A stretch of 64,000 nucleotides of DNA from an uncultured Bacteroidales bacterium (GCA_934726455.1 CAKVDS010000001.1:79452-143451); one strand, 5' to 3'. Numbered from the stretch's first letter, positions 28,479-37,724 are shown. The notes: generated from the letters alone by a model not told the origin. A program made the numbers and translations.

Positions 28479-29906
28479 ATGAGAGAATTGATTGGTAGAA
28501 ATGCGGAAAGCAGGCTGCTTGAACAGTATATCGGGAGTTCAAAATCGGAATTCATCGCGATTTATGGCCGTCGTCGTGTCGGAAAAACTTATTTGATAAC
28601 GGAGACTTTCAAAGACAGGCTTGCGTTCGATATGACCGGTGTTTTGGAGGGTGACAAGGAGGATCAGATGTCCAGTTTTTTTCTGTCACTTCAGAAGGCC
28701 GGCTATGGTGGCACTAAGCCGAAGAACTGGATTGAGGCCTTCGAGGCCTTGAAAGTTGTGCTTGCCCCGGCATCGGCAAAAGGCACGGCTATCATATTCA
28801 TTGATGAATTGCCTTGCCTTGACACACCGAGGTCGGGCTTGGTAAAGGCTTTGGACTTGTTTTGGAACGGTTGGGCTGCCCGTCAAAAGAACGTAAAACT
28901 GATTGTCTGCGGTTCTGCCACGACTTGGATGGTGGACAATATCATTGACAACCACGGGGGACTTCATGACCGGATAACACACGAATTGCACCTGCATCCA
29001 TTTACTCTTGGAGAGACAGAGGAATACTTGAAAACCAATGGCTTCCGCTGGAACAGGCTCTCTGTTGCCCAGGCGTATATGATATTGGGAGGTATTCCAT
29101 ATTACCTGAGTCTGCTTGACAAGGGACAGAGTCTCACTGAAAACATTGACAGGCTGTTTTTCTCCGCAGATGCGGAATTGCACCGTGAATATGACCGGTT
29201 GTTCAAGTCCCTTTTCCGGAACCCGCAACCCTACGTGAAGATAATACAATTGCTTTCATCCAATCGTAAAGGGTTGACCCGTAATGAAATCAGTGAGAAG
29301 CTCGGCAAGGAGACCGGAGGCCATCTGAGCAAAATGCTGGAGAATCTGGAGAACTGTGATTTCATCCGCAAATATTGCGTCATAGAGAAGAAAATCAGCT
29401 CGAAGAACGGAATATACCAGCTGGTTGATTTTTTTACTCGTTTTCATAACGATTTCTGTGTCAAAGGGACGACGGATGACCATTATTGGAGCAACAGCTT
29501 GAATACTCCAAAGCAGAACAACTGGTACGGCCTTGCTTTCGAGCGTCTATGTCAGGCGCATATACCCCAGATTAAAAAGGCTCTCGGAATCGACAGGATC
29601 CATACAGAATATTATTCTTGGAGAAGCAAGGAAAGCAAACCTGCCGCTCAGGTTGATCTGGTCATCGAGCGTGCTGATCAGATCACCAATCTGTGTGAGA
29701 TCAAGTACTGCCGTGCCGAATATTCAATCGATTCTGACGAAAACGCCAAACTGCAGAATCGTGTGGCTGATTTCGAGCGTGAGACCGGTACCCGCAGCGC
29801 CGTCAACCTTACCTTCATCACCACTTTCGGTCTCAAGCCCAACAGCTATTCCTCTGATATCCACTATCATGTCCAGCTTGACGCATTATTCGATAACGTG
29901 AATTAA
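28479..29906 (+). CDS. P-loop ATPase (archaeal-ATPase/ATPase_2 type) with DUF234-like C-terminal PD-(D/E)xK-like module
   Basis: LIGRNAE...IYGRRRVGKTYL (Walker A), IFIDELPCL (Walker B), C-terminal QVDLVIER..(x11)..CEIKY. Start trimmed to MRELIG. Confidence 0.8.
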   Translation: MRELIGRNAESRLLEQYIGSSKSEFIAIYGRRRVGKTYLITETFKDRLAFDMTGVLEGDKEDQMSSFFLSLQKAGYGGTKPKNWIEAFEALKVVLAPASAKGTAIIFIDELPCLDTPRSGLVKALDLFWNGWAARQKNVKLIVCGSATTWMVDNIIDNHGGLHDRITHELHLHPFTLGETEEYLKTNGFRWNRLSVAQAYMILGGIPYYLSLLDKGQSLTENIDRLFFSADAELHREYDRLFKSLFRNPQPYVKIIQLLSSNRKGLTRNEISEKLGKETGGHLSKMLENLENCDFIRKYCVIEKKISSKNGIYQLVDFFTRFHNDFCVKGTTDDHYWSNSLNTPKQNNWYGLAFERLCQAHIPQIKKALGIDRIHTEYYSWRSKESKPAAQVDLVIERADQITNLCEIKYCRAEYSIDSDENAKLQNRVADFERETGTRSAVNLTFITTFGLKPNSYSSDIHYHVQLDALFDNVN

Positions 29907-29912
29907 TTTGAT

Positions 29913-30248
29913 ATGATACCTGACTGGGCTTGGGGGCTGGACTGCTCCATCACCGTCTGCGACAAGGACGGCATAATCATCTATATGAACGACAAAGCTG
30001 TACGCCAATACAGCCGTCATGGTGACCTTATAGGCCGCAATCTTTTCGACTGCCATTCGGAGCGCTCGCGGGAGATTATCAGAGGGTTGCTTGAGAGCGG
30101 CGGAAGCAATTGCTACACCATCGAGAAACGCGGTGTCCGCAAACTTATTTTCCAAAGTGCCTGGACAGACGCCTCCGGTGCAGTGGGCGGCCTCTGCGAG
30201 ATCTCGATAGTCACTCCCGAGGGGATGCCGCATCATGTCAGGGAATAG
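29913..30248 (+). CDS. Stand-alone PAS-domain protein (111 aa)
   Basis: ITVCDKDGIIIYMNDKAVRQYSRHGDLIGRNLFDCH matches a PAS core pattern. Confidence 0.6.
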   Translation: MIPDWAWGLDCSITVCDKDGIIIYMNDKAVRQYSRHGDLIGRNLFDCHSERSREIIRGLLESGGSNCYTIEKRGVRKLIFQSAWTDASGAVGGLCEISIVTPEGMPHHVRE

Positions 30249-30250
30249 CC

Positions 30251-31888
30251 ATGCGTAGGGCAGTTATTCTCATTGCGGCGCTTGCTTTATTCTTGGCTTG
30301 CGCTGATGATGCTGTTCAGCGAGAAGTGTTGGACGGTGTCGAGGCGATTATTGAGGAGGATCCTTCCGGGGCTTTGCAGAGGCTTTCGGTGATGGACACT
30401 GTGTCTTTGCGGTCGAAGCCGTTGAAAGCCAGATATGCATTGCTCAAGAGCATGGCGCTGGACAAGACATATGTTGACAAGACGGATTTTGGTGTCATCC
30501 AGCCGGCGCTGGACTACTATTCCAGAAAGGGAACGGCTACCGAAAAACTGCGTGCAGCCTACTATCAGGGCCGTATTTATCAGAATAAAGGGAATCTCGG
30601 CCTTGCGATGGATTGTTTCGCACAGGCGGAATCCGAAGTCGAGGAGTCGGAGGACAGGCTCACGGCTGCAAGACTGTATTCTGCGGAAGCACTTATATAT
30701 GAGAGGCTCTATGATTTTGAGGAGGCGATAGAGTACAACACCCGTGCAGCGGCTCTGTTCCGTGAAGAGGGGAGAGTGCGCAGCTATGTCAATATGCTCA
30801 GCCGGATTGTCAATGAGTACACAGTGTCCGGCGATGCCTCGAAAGCTGCGGAGTATCTTGATTTGATCGAGATGTCGGATTCTTCCTCATACTCATATAG
30901 GCAGAACAAGTATTATTGGTCTTCGCTCCTTGCATATTCCGTGGCGTTCAAGAAATCTCGTGAAGAGATTGCCATGCTGCTCGCTGACTATTTTCGCAAT
31001 GTGCCTTCGGAGGATGTGGATTGGCTGTCTGTGGCAACTGCCTTTTGCTTTGTCGGGGAGCTTGCCAAGGCTGAGGATGCGTTGGAAAAGTATGTGTCCA
31101 CTGCTGGCGTCTTGAACAAGACGAGGTATGCGGCTGTGTGCTCAAAGGTCTACCGTTTGTCCGGGGATTCGGAGAAGGCATTGGAGTGTTATGAAAAGTA
31201 TGTCCGCGCTGCGGATTCTGCCCGGTTCGCTTCATATAGGACTGATGCCCAGTTCGTCTCCGAGCGTTACAGGCTGGAGGAGGCCCGTCTGGAAGAGCAG
31301 ACCCGGAAGAACCGGATTCTGTTTGTCGGGATGGCGGTTCTGTTTGCCGCCGCTGTTGTGATTTTTGCACTTGTGGTCCGGTACCGTCACAGTAAACTTG
31401 AACAGAGCCGTCTTTTGGTCCTGTATGACAGGATTGCGGTCGAGAGGGACGCTCTTTCGGCCAAGTTGGTGGAAAGTGAAAATGTGCTCAATGAGGATGC
31501 ACGTGCCGCTTTGAATGCTAAACTTGCTCTTTTTGACCGTTTTCTGTCTGCCGGCATATCCGAAGACAGCGAGATTGACCGCAAGGCTTTCAAGGACATG
31601 GAGCGTATGCTTTTTGACCGGGAGGAGTTCATGGAACTCAACCGTTTGAGTTATAAGGCAAGTCATCCGTCTTTTGTCCGTTACCTTGAGGGGAAGGGGC
31701 TTTCCGGGTGGGAGGTCGGTTATTGCTGCCTGTATGCCATGGGCTTGAAAGGTAAGGATATAGGCAAATATCTCCAAAAAGGTGGGCACTTCAACATCAG
31801 CAGCCGCATCCGATCGAAACTTGGGATTTCTTCGCATGACACGAACCTTGGAATCTACATCCGGAAGCTGTTGGCGGAGCTTGGTTAA
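30251..31888 (+). CDS. Membrane-anchored TPR protein with C-terminal LuxR-like HTH (DUF6377-like regulator)
   Basis: Lipoprotein-like signal ALFLAC, TPR-like helical repeats, one internal TM helix (ILFVGMAVLFAAAVVIFALVV). The C-terminal LSGWEVGYCCLYAMGLKGKDIGKYL..ISSRIRSKLGI resembles a LuxR HTH. Confidence 0.6.
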   Translation: MRRAVILIAALALFLACADDAVQREVLDGVEAIIEEDPSGALQRLSVMDTVSLRSKPLKARYALLKSMALDKTYVDKTDFGVIQPALDYYSRKGTATEKLRAAYYQGRIYQNKGNLGLAMDCFAQAESEVEESEDRLTAARLYSAEALIYERLYDFEEAIEYNTRAAALFREEGRVRSYVNMLSRIVNEYTVSGDASKAAEYLDLIEMSDSSSYSYRQNKYYWSSLLAYSVAFKKSREEIAMLLADYFRNVPSEDVDWLSVATAFCFVGELAKAEDALEKYVSTAGVLNKTRYAAVCSKVYRLSGDSEKALECYEKYVRAADSARFASYRTDAQFVSERYRLEEARLEEQTRKNRILFVGMAVLFAAAVVIFALVVRYRHSKLEQSRLLVLYDRIAVERDALSAKLVESENVLNEDARAALNAKLALFDRFLSAGISEDSEIDRKAFKDMERMLFDREEFMELNRLSYKASHPSFVRYLEGKGLSGWEVGYCCLYAMGLKGKDIGKYLQKGGHFNISSRIRSKLGISSHDTNLGIYIRKLLAELG

Positions 31889-32026
31889 ACTTTTTATTGT
31901 CTGCCAATGGTGGCATCTTGGTATTCACTTGATTTTTAGTGTGTTGTGGAGTGGTTATGTGGCGAAAATCTATTGGCGGTTAAACTTTTATGAGGTAGCT
32001 TTGTCTTGTTGAAACAGGCAAAGTAT

Positions 32027-32410
32027 ATGAAAAAATTTATTTTATGCGTGGCCGCCGTCTTTTGCGCCTTGACGTTTGCGCGAGCTGCTCAAGACGAACC
32101 GGAGTCACTTGAAGTGGAGGTTTTTACAACAGGAAAGGGGTATGAGCGTTCTGGCTGCCTTTATGTGGAAGCGTTCTTGTATAGGACATCCATGACTATT
32201 GAAGTGCTGATGGACGATTATGGTGAAGCGGCTTTTCGGATTTATGATGACATAGGGAATGAATACGAGTCGGTTGAAGAACACTTGGATGGTTTCAAGC
32301 GAGTCAGCTTGGCTGTGCCTGATATTCCCGGCCGTTATTGCCTGCGGATCAGTTCGGCTTCTGTGACTGCGTTTGCATACTTTGATGTCGGTGTTAACAA
32401 CTTAAAATAA
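32027..32410 (+). CDS. Small secreted protein (DUF3244-like Ig-fold pattern), unknown function
   Basis: Signal peptide MKKFILCVAAVFCALTFARA. Shows the RIYDDIGNEY...GRYCLRISSASVTAFAYFDV pattern. Confidence 0.45.
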   Translation: MKKFILCVAAVFCALTFARAAQDEPESLEVEVFTTGKGYERSGCLYVEAFLYRTSMTIEVLMDDYGEAAFRIYDDIGNEYESVEEHLDGFKRVSLAVPDIPGRYCLRISSASVTAFAYFDVGVNNLK

Positions 32411-32416
32411 ACAGAT

Positions 32417-33250
32417 ATGATTTGTAAATTGTTCAAGACTATCAGTTCTTCATTGGTAATCACTGCGGCAGTCTTGATTCTGTCGGCTTCATGCTGTGAG
32501 GATAACAGGCCTCCGATTACCGAAAAATATCCAGAAAAAGGGGAGTTAAGAATTGATGCCCCTATTTTCCTGAGGTACAATTTAACGACATTCATAGAAA
32601 AGTGTAGGGAAAAAGGGTATGTTATTCCGGATTTGGATATACAGGAATTGAGTGATTATAATAATATGGTCCCTGCTGGTAGTAGCTGGCTTGATTTCTA
32701 TACTTTATTCAAAAAAACTGAGACTTTTCCGGGAACAAGGCCTGAAGTGAAATTCCTCTTCTCAGCACCTGATTGTAAAGATGCAATAACGGTGTCTTAT
32801 CATGCGTTTGACAGTGATTTGTGTGAAAATAAGGTCATAAAGAACGCCCCTAAAATCAATTCAAATCATTGGATCGATTTTTCAGCGCGTACAATTAAAA
32901 CCTCGCATAGCGGTATCTCTGTCAAATGGAGTAAGCAATTTAGTATGACTGGAGTTGGTGTTGAAATGGTAATTGATCTGCCGGGAACCGTTGAGTATCC
33001 TTTTTATGTCTTTACGACAAGCACGAAAGGTGGCAATCAGGCGGCTGCACGTATTGATGGGCAGAGAGTGGATCTTGTGCAAAATACAGTGGATCAAGAA
33101 TTCGTGGTAGCAGGGACAGTCTCTGTGATAATTGTTGACGATTCTCCAATCGTTTCTCCTATAATGAAACAAAGCGTATGTGTGGGTGGGGTCTTAGATG
33201 ATAAAGTCAAATGGGACACTCCAGTAATTGTTGAACTTGATAAATTGTAA
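32417..33250 (+). CDS. Hypothetical lipoprotein
   Basis: Lipobox LILSASCC. AT-rich. I recognise no motif. Confidence 0.5.
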   Translation: MICKLFKTISSSLVITAAVLILSASCCEDNRPPITEKYPEKGELRIDAPIFLRYNLTTFIEKCREKGYVIPDLDIQELSDYNNMVPAGSSWLDFYTLFKKTETFPGTRPEVKFLFSAPDCKDAITVSYHAFDSDLCENKVIKNAPKINSNHWIDFSARTIKTSHSGISVKWSKQFSMTGVGVEMVIDLPGTVEYPFYVFTTSTKGGNQAAARIDGQRVDLVQNTVDQEFVVAGTVSVIIVDDSPIVSPIMKQSVCVGGVLDDKVKWDTPVIVELDKL

Positions 33251-33254
33251 TAAT

Positions 33255-34127
33255 ATGAGACACTTCAATTTGATTTTCTTCCCATTCTTTTTCTCTATTT
33301 GGTTGATTTCCTGTACGGGTAAGGAATACATCAGTGATAATGCAGTGGAGACGAATGGTTTAGAAGTAGATGTGACCGACGAAAACTATATGAGTGACGT
33401 TCAAGTTACCGAGGGCTATGGAGATTTTGGAAAGTACTCTTCGTATCTTGTCGGAGCGGATGCTACAGTCGGTATATCATCGTCAAGATACTATCCACTT
33501 GGAGATGAGAGGGTCGTAGCCTATTATGAGCCATTTGATGAGATCCGTACAAAGGGAAGTCTGGCTGAAATTGATTCTGAGGAATTCTTGATGAATGGCC
33601 GTGCCTTGTTCTCTCCTATGACCAAGTCAGAAAAGGGGCAGATTCATGCTATGTTTGGAGGCCCGGTCTCGTTTTCTCTTAGGGAGGCGGAGATTGCGAC
33701 CAAAGGTAATTTCGATGCTGGTGTGGAACTGTATGCACCGGAAATTGTAAGAATCAGTTTTCCGACTGTAACTTCTGAGCAGAATCGCTATCCGTTGTGC
33801 TATTATAAAGATTTTGTGGTCAAGTGGAATGCCGATTCTAAGAACGACAACGGGGTTCTGATTGTTGTAAGGTGGTCGGGAACGATGATATTTGGAGAAG
33901 ACTACTCCTCTTCATATATTTGTAGGGCTGTGCGCTCGGAAGATACGGGTTCTTTTGAACTTGATGATAATATGTTTGACGGAATCCCGGATGCGGCGCT
34001 GTGCAGTCTGTGTCTGTTGAGAGGAGATTTTGAAGACGTGGAGATAGATGATGCCACACTTCGCGTATTGGCTGAGACACACGATGAACTTGATTTTGTA
34101 TTGGTGAGAAATATTGAGACAGAATGA
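33255..34127 (+). CDS. Hypothetical lipoprotein
   Basis: Lipobox IWLISCTG. I recognise no motif. Start trimmed to MRHFNL. Confidence 0.5.
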   Translation: MRHFNLIFFPFFFSIWLISCTGKEYISDNAVETNGLEVDVTDENYMSDVQVTEGYGDFGKYSSYLVGADATVGISSSRYYPLGDERVVAYYEPFDEIRTKGSLAEIDSEEFLMNGRALFSPMTKSEKGQIHAMFGGPVSFSLREAEIATKGNFDAGVELYAPEIVRISFPTVTSEQNRYPLCYYKDFVVKWNADSKNDNGVLIVVRWSGTMIFGEDYSSSYICRAVRSEDTGSFELDDNMFDGIPDAALCSLCLLRGDFEDVEIDDATLRVLAETHDELDFVLVRNIETE

Positions 34128-35197
34128 AAATAATCGGTTATATAGGCACCTTTGCTATTTTGGCGATTTTGATGTCTGCGTGCCAAAAACCTGCTGCACG
34201 TGAGATTTCATTCGCAGGAGGAGAATTTGAAATGCCGCTTGGCGCCAGCCTGCATCCGGATGTCCATGTAAGACCATCAAGAGCGGAGGTTGTATTTTCT
34301 TCTTCGGATGAGTCGGTGTTTGTTGTCATGGGTTCGCAGATCAAGTCTGTTGGTGAGGGAGAGGCGCTCTTGACCGCATCCAGCCTTGATGGAACCATCT
34401 CCGCCTCGTGTGTAGTAAGAGTAGACCGGACACTCGGAATAGGAAGTTTTACAGTGAATCAGGGTGGAAAAATAGTTTCTTTCGCCACCGGAAATCTTCA
34501 GGGAGAGGTGCTGGCGTTGAGTCCGGATGTCAAAGTCTCATGGAAGCTGGCAGAACGCCAATCGGATTACTTGGGCGTGGATTCCTGCAATGAAGTTCCT
34601 GAGGTCGGGAAAACCGCTGACCTCTTTGGAAGGTCCAAGACTTCCTTGGCGTATGGTTTGGGGACGGGCGTCAATTTTTTGCAGATTGGGACATCTGAGT
34701 CTGATGCCATTGCGGAATGGTGTTCTGATATCGGAGGATTGTGGCGTGTTCTTGACGATGATGAATGGAGGTATTTAGCAGAAAAAAGAAGATGTTCAAA
34801 GGTGGGAGATACGGAAAATGCCAGATTTTGCAGGGCAGTTGTGGATGGTATTTCCGGGCTTGTCCTGTTTCCGGATGTGATGATATGGCCGGAGGACATC
34901 CCTGTTCCAAAGAATATTAACGAGGAGGTTCTGTCAATTTCCAGCACAGGGTCTTATGGTAATGATGAATGGTGTCAGCTGGAAAACTCGGGCTGCATTT
35001 TTCTTCCTGCATGCGGCTATAAGGATTATGAGCCGGATGCTAGATATGGTGTTATGGGATCTTATTGGGCATCGGGTGTAAGTGGTTCTTGGCGACAGTT
35101 GTCATGCTTTTATTTTGACGAGGATGATGTGTCCTATCTTGCTTTATACCTGTCCAAGCCGGCCGGATGCGCTGTAAGATTGGCCCGGGATTTATGA
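34124..35197 (+). CDS. Lipoprotein with Big2-like Ig domain + FISUMP/DUF1566-like lectin-type C-terminal domain
   Basis: Lipobox LMSAC. VFSSSDESVFVV..G.IKSVGEGEALLTASSLDG resembles Big_2. The C-terminal motifs are GNLQ, ADLFG, WRVLDDDEWRYL, GCIFLPACGY, GSYWAS, CAVRLARD. It is a paralog of 41001-41876. Confidence 0.6.
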   Translation: MKIIGYIGTFAILAILMSACQKPAAREISFAGGEFEMPLGASLHPDVHVRPSRAEVVFSSSDESVFVVMGSQIKSVGEGEALLTASSLDGTISASCVVRVDRTLGIGSFTVNQGGKIVSFATGNLQGEVLALSPDVKVSWKLAERQSDYLGVDSCNEVPEVGKTADLFGRSKTSLAYGLGTGVNFLQIGTSESDAIAEWCSDIGGLWRVLDDDEWRYLAEKRRCSKVGDTENARFCRAVVDGISGLVLFPDVMIWPEDIPVPKNINEEVLSISSTGSYGNDEWCQLENSGCIFLPACGYKDYEPDARYGVMGSYWASGVSGSWRQLSCFYFDEDDVSYLALYLSKPAGCAVRLARDL

Positions 35198-35562
35198 GGT
35201 ATATAGGTTTTTTAGTCTGTCTGGCGTTGTCTGTGGCCGGACTGTCATCCTGCGAGAAAGAGCAGGAGGATCCTCCAGTGAGTATTTCTTGCAGTTTTGA
35301 TGCGGAAGGTGGACGAAAAGATTATAATCTGGATCTTGACGGGACCACCCTTACGTTGGACATAAAAGGGGCATATTATTCAGAGCATTGGGCATACTGG
35401 CTTGATGAAAGTTGGATCGATGTCGCCTATTGTATTGATTTGGAGCGACTGTCAATAGTTTCCGATGAAAACGATACGGGCCGGGCGCGCAGGGCGGTGG
35501 TGAGTGCACGTCACCGGGTCACGGGACAAAAGTATATATTTGAAATTGAACAGTCTGAATGA
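35194..35562 (+). CDS. Small BACON-like lipoprotein (copy 1)
   Basis: Lipobox GLSSC. Shows the FDAEGG...NDTGRARRAVVSARHRVTGQKYIFEIEQSE pattern. ATGA overlap with the upstream gene. Confidence 0.55.
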   Translation: MRYIGFLVCLALSVAGLSSCEKEQEDPPVSISCSFDAEGGRKDYNLDLDGTTLTLDIKGAYYSEHWAYWLDESWIDVAYCIDLERLSIVSDENDTGRARRAVVSARHRVTGQKYIFEIEQSE

Positions 35563-35942
35563 CAGGCATGAAACCATATTTTCGACTCTTGTTTCTGGTG
35601 CTTTTATTTGTGATGCCGTCATGCGAAAAGGATGCACCCGTTCGTTTTTTTTACAGCGTCGGGGCAGAAGGCGGAAGCGCGAGTTATGATGCGGATCTTG
35701 TTGGGGAGACATTGTCAACAGAATTCGGCCCGTCATCGTATTATGTTGAGAGGACGGAGTATCATTATAGCGGTTGGCTAATGGATACGGAATGGCTCTA
35801 TTCGTACTATAACCCCACTGGACCTTGGATCTCTTTCCTTATTGACCGGAACGATACGGGCCGAAAGCGCAGGGCGGTGGTGAGCGGGTATCACCGGGTT
35901 TCGGGACGAAAGTATGTCTTTGAGATAGAACAGTCGGAATGA
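35559..35942 (+). CDS. Small BACON-like lipoprotein (copy 2, tandem paralog)
   Basis: Lipobox FVMPSC. Shows VGAEGG...NDTGRKRRAVVSGYHRVSGRKYVFEIEQSE. ATGA overlap with copy 1. Confidence 0.55.
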   Translation: MTGMKPYFRLLFLVLLFVMPSCEKDAPVRFFYSVGAEGGSASYDADLVGETLSTEFGPSSYYVERTEYHYSGWLMDTEWLYSYYNPTGPWISFLIDRNDTGRKRRAVVSGYHRVSGRKYVFEIEQSE

Positions 35943-35951
35943 TCCGGAGAA

Positions 35952-36461
35952 TCATGGGCGCAGCCACTGGTAGGCGAGACGTTCGCCTCCGCCGTCCGCG
36001 AGGGTGATGATGCCGCAGTGGCGGAAACCGTGCTTCATGACAAGGTGTTGCATTATGAGGTTGTCCTTGTGGGTGTCTATGCGGATATTTCCGCAGTGGG
36101 ATTTGCAGAAATCCATGATGGCGGCGAAAACGCCGTGCGCTTCCGGGAGGCTCGTTATCCTGTGTATGACCATGTATGGGCTGCTGTCGTCTGTCCAGTG
36201 TCCGTCCGCTATCGAGGCGTATGACGGGTCCGGGCCGTTCCTGAAGACGAATGAGCCCACAGGGGCCTTGCCGTCCATGACAAGATGGCATGTCCCCGAG
36301 GTGATGTCATCTTCAAGAATCCCGATGGCCGGATAGCCGCCGCTCCACTGGGTCGGGTTGCCGCTGTCCCGCATTATCTGTCTTGCGGCGTCGGCAAGCG
36401 CCGCTAACGCCGGCAGATCTGCCGGAAGGGCTTTGCGGATTGTATAGGGGGCTTTTGCCAT
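35952..36461 (-). CDS. GNAT-family N-acetyltransferase
   Basis: The size and the HRITSLPEAHGVFAAIMDFC...IRIDTHKDNLIMQHLVMKHGF pattern fit GNAT. Confidence 0.7.
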   Translation of the reverse strand: MAKAPYTIRKALPADLPALAALADAARQIMRDSGNPTQWSGGYPAIGILEDDITSGTCHLVMDGKAPVGSFVFRNGPDPSYASIADGHWTDDSSPYMVIHRITSLPEAHGVFAAIMDFCKSHCGNIRIDTHKDNLIMQHLVMKHGFRHCGIITLADGGGERLAYQWLRP

Positions 36462-36467
36462 GGCGGA

Positions 36468-37667
36468 TTATTCTTCCAATAACCAGTCCAATACATACAG
36501 TTGCTTTATGCCGTTATGCTGTATCACCGGATCGTTGTCCATCGTGAGGAGGTATTTCGGATAGTTGTCTGCAAGAGATTCGAGTGGAGTGAGTTCCCGT
36601 TTAAGCGTGTCCTCGTCCCTTACGCTGAGAGAAACCTGATAATACGCTTTGTTGTCACCATTCACAACCACAAAGTCTATCTCTGCGTCTCCTGCTTTTC
36701 CTACATAAATTTCTCCCCCTCTGCGTGCCAGTTCCAAATAGACGACATTCTCCAGAACGTGCCCCAAGTCTCCTCCTTTGGTACCGTTGATGACATTGCG
36801 CAGACCCACATCGGCGAGGTACAGTTTCTGGCCTGTCTTTAGCAGCTGTTTGCCCTTGGTATCATACCTTGGAGCAGAATAGAACACGTAGCTGTCTGTC
36901 AATGCGGAAATGTAATTCTCCACCGTATGGACCGATATTTTGCGGCCAAGTGAGGTCATCGTGTCGCTGATGCGTTTGATGACGGACATGTTTCCGATGT
37001 TGTCTGCAAGAAATCTCACTACGCTCTGCAGCATCATCACATCGGTGATTTTCCTTCGGCTGACCACATCTTTCAGCACGATGGTATTGTACAGGCCGGA
37101 AAGATACTCCTTCACCATCTCCGGATCATGCTCTATCTGCATGATGTACGGAAACGAGCCGTTTTCAATATATTTTCGATAGGCGGTTTCCGCGCTTGTG
37201 CCTGCCGGCAAGCCGAGCTTGAACTCCTTGAGTGAGAATGGCAGCATTTTTATTTCCACATATCTGCCAGTGAGCAGGGTCGCGATTTCCCCTGACAGCA
37301 AATATGCATTCGAGCCTGTCAAATAAATGTCCACATTATCCAAAAGGAACAGGCTGTCGATCACCTTTTGGAAACCGTCTACCATCTGTATTTCATCCAG
37401 GAAAAAATAGTTCATCCTGTCCCTTTGCAACTGTTGTTTCAGGTAGGTATGTAGAGCCTTGTAGTTCAACAGGGGCTCGTTATCAAGATCTTCGAAATTA
37501 AGTTCGACAACCTGTTCTTTGGAAACACCGTCCGTCAGCATCTTGTCCTTGAACATCCGCAACAATGATGACTTGCCGCAACGGCGTATGCCTGTGACGA
37601 CCTTGATGATTTTCTTGTCCCTCCATTTCTCCAAGAGTGACATGTATTCCGTGCGCTCTATCAGCAT
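36468..37667 (-). CDS. AAA+ ATPase (AAA_14) with DUF4143 C-terminal domain
   Basis: Walker A GIRRCGKSSL and Walker B YFFLDEIQ, then C-terminal GDAEIDFVVV...YYQVSLS. Start trimmed to MLIERTEY, because the TTG at 37700 overlaps the -7 box. Confidence 0.8.
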   Translation of the reverse strand: MLIERTEYMSLLEKWRDKKIIKVVTGIRRCGKSSLLRMFKDKMLTDGVSKEQVVELNFEDLDNEPLLNYKALHTYLKQQLQRDRMNYFFLDEIQMVDGFQKVIDSLFLLDNVDIYLTGSNAYLLSGEIATLLTGRYVEIKMLPFSLKEFKLGLPAGTSAETAYRKYIENGSFPYIMQIEHDPEMVKEYLSGLYNTIVLKDVVSRRKITDVMMLQSVVRFLADNIGNMSVIKRISDTMTSLGRKISVHTVENYISALTDSYVFYSAPRYDTKGKQLLKTGQKLYLADVGLRNVINGTKGGDLGHVLENVVYLELARRGGEIYVGKAGDAEIDFVVVNGDNKAYYQVSLSVRDEDTLKRELTPLESLADNYPKYLLTMDNDPVIQHNGIKQLYVLDWLLEE

Positions 37668-37724
37668 GCTGTCGGTGTTTAAAAATGAACTATAATGCAA
37701 ATCTACGAATATTTTTCATAAAAA

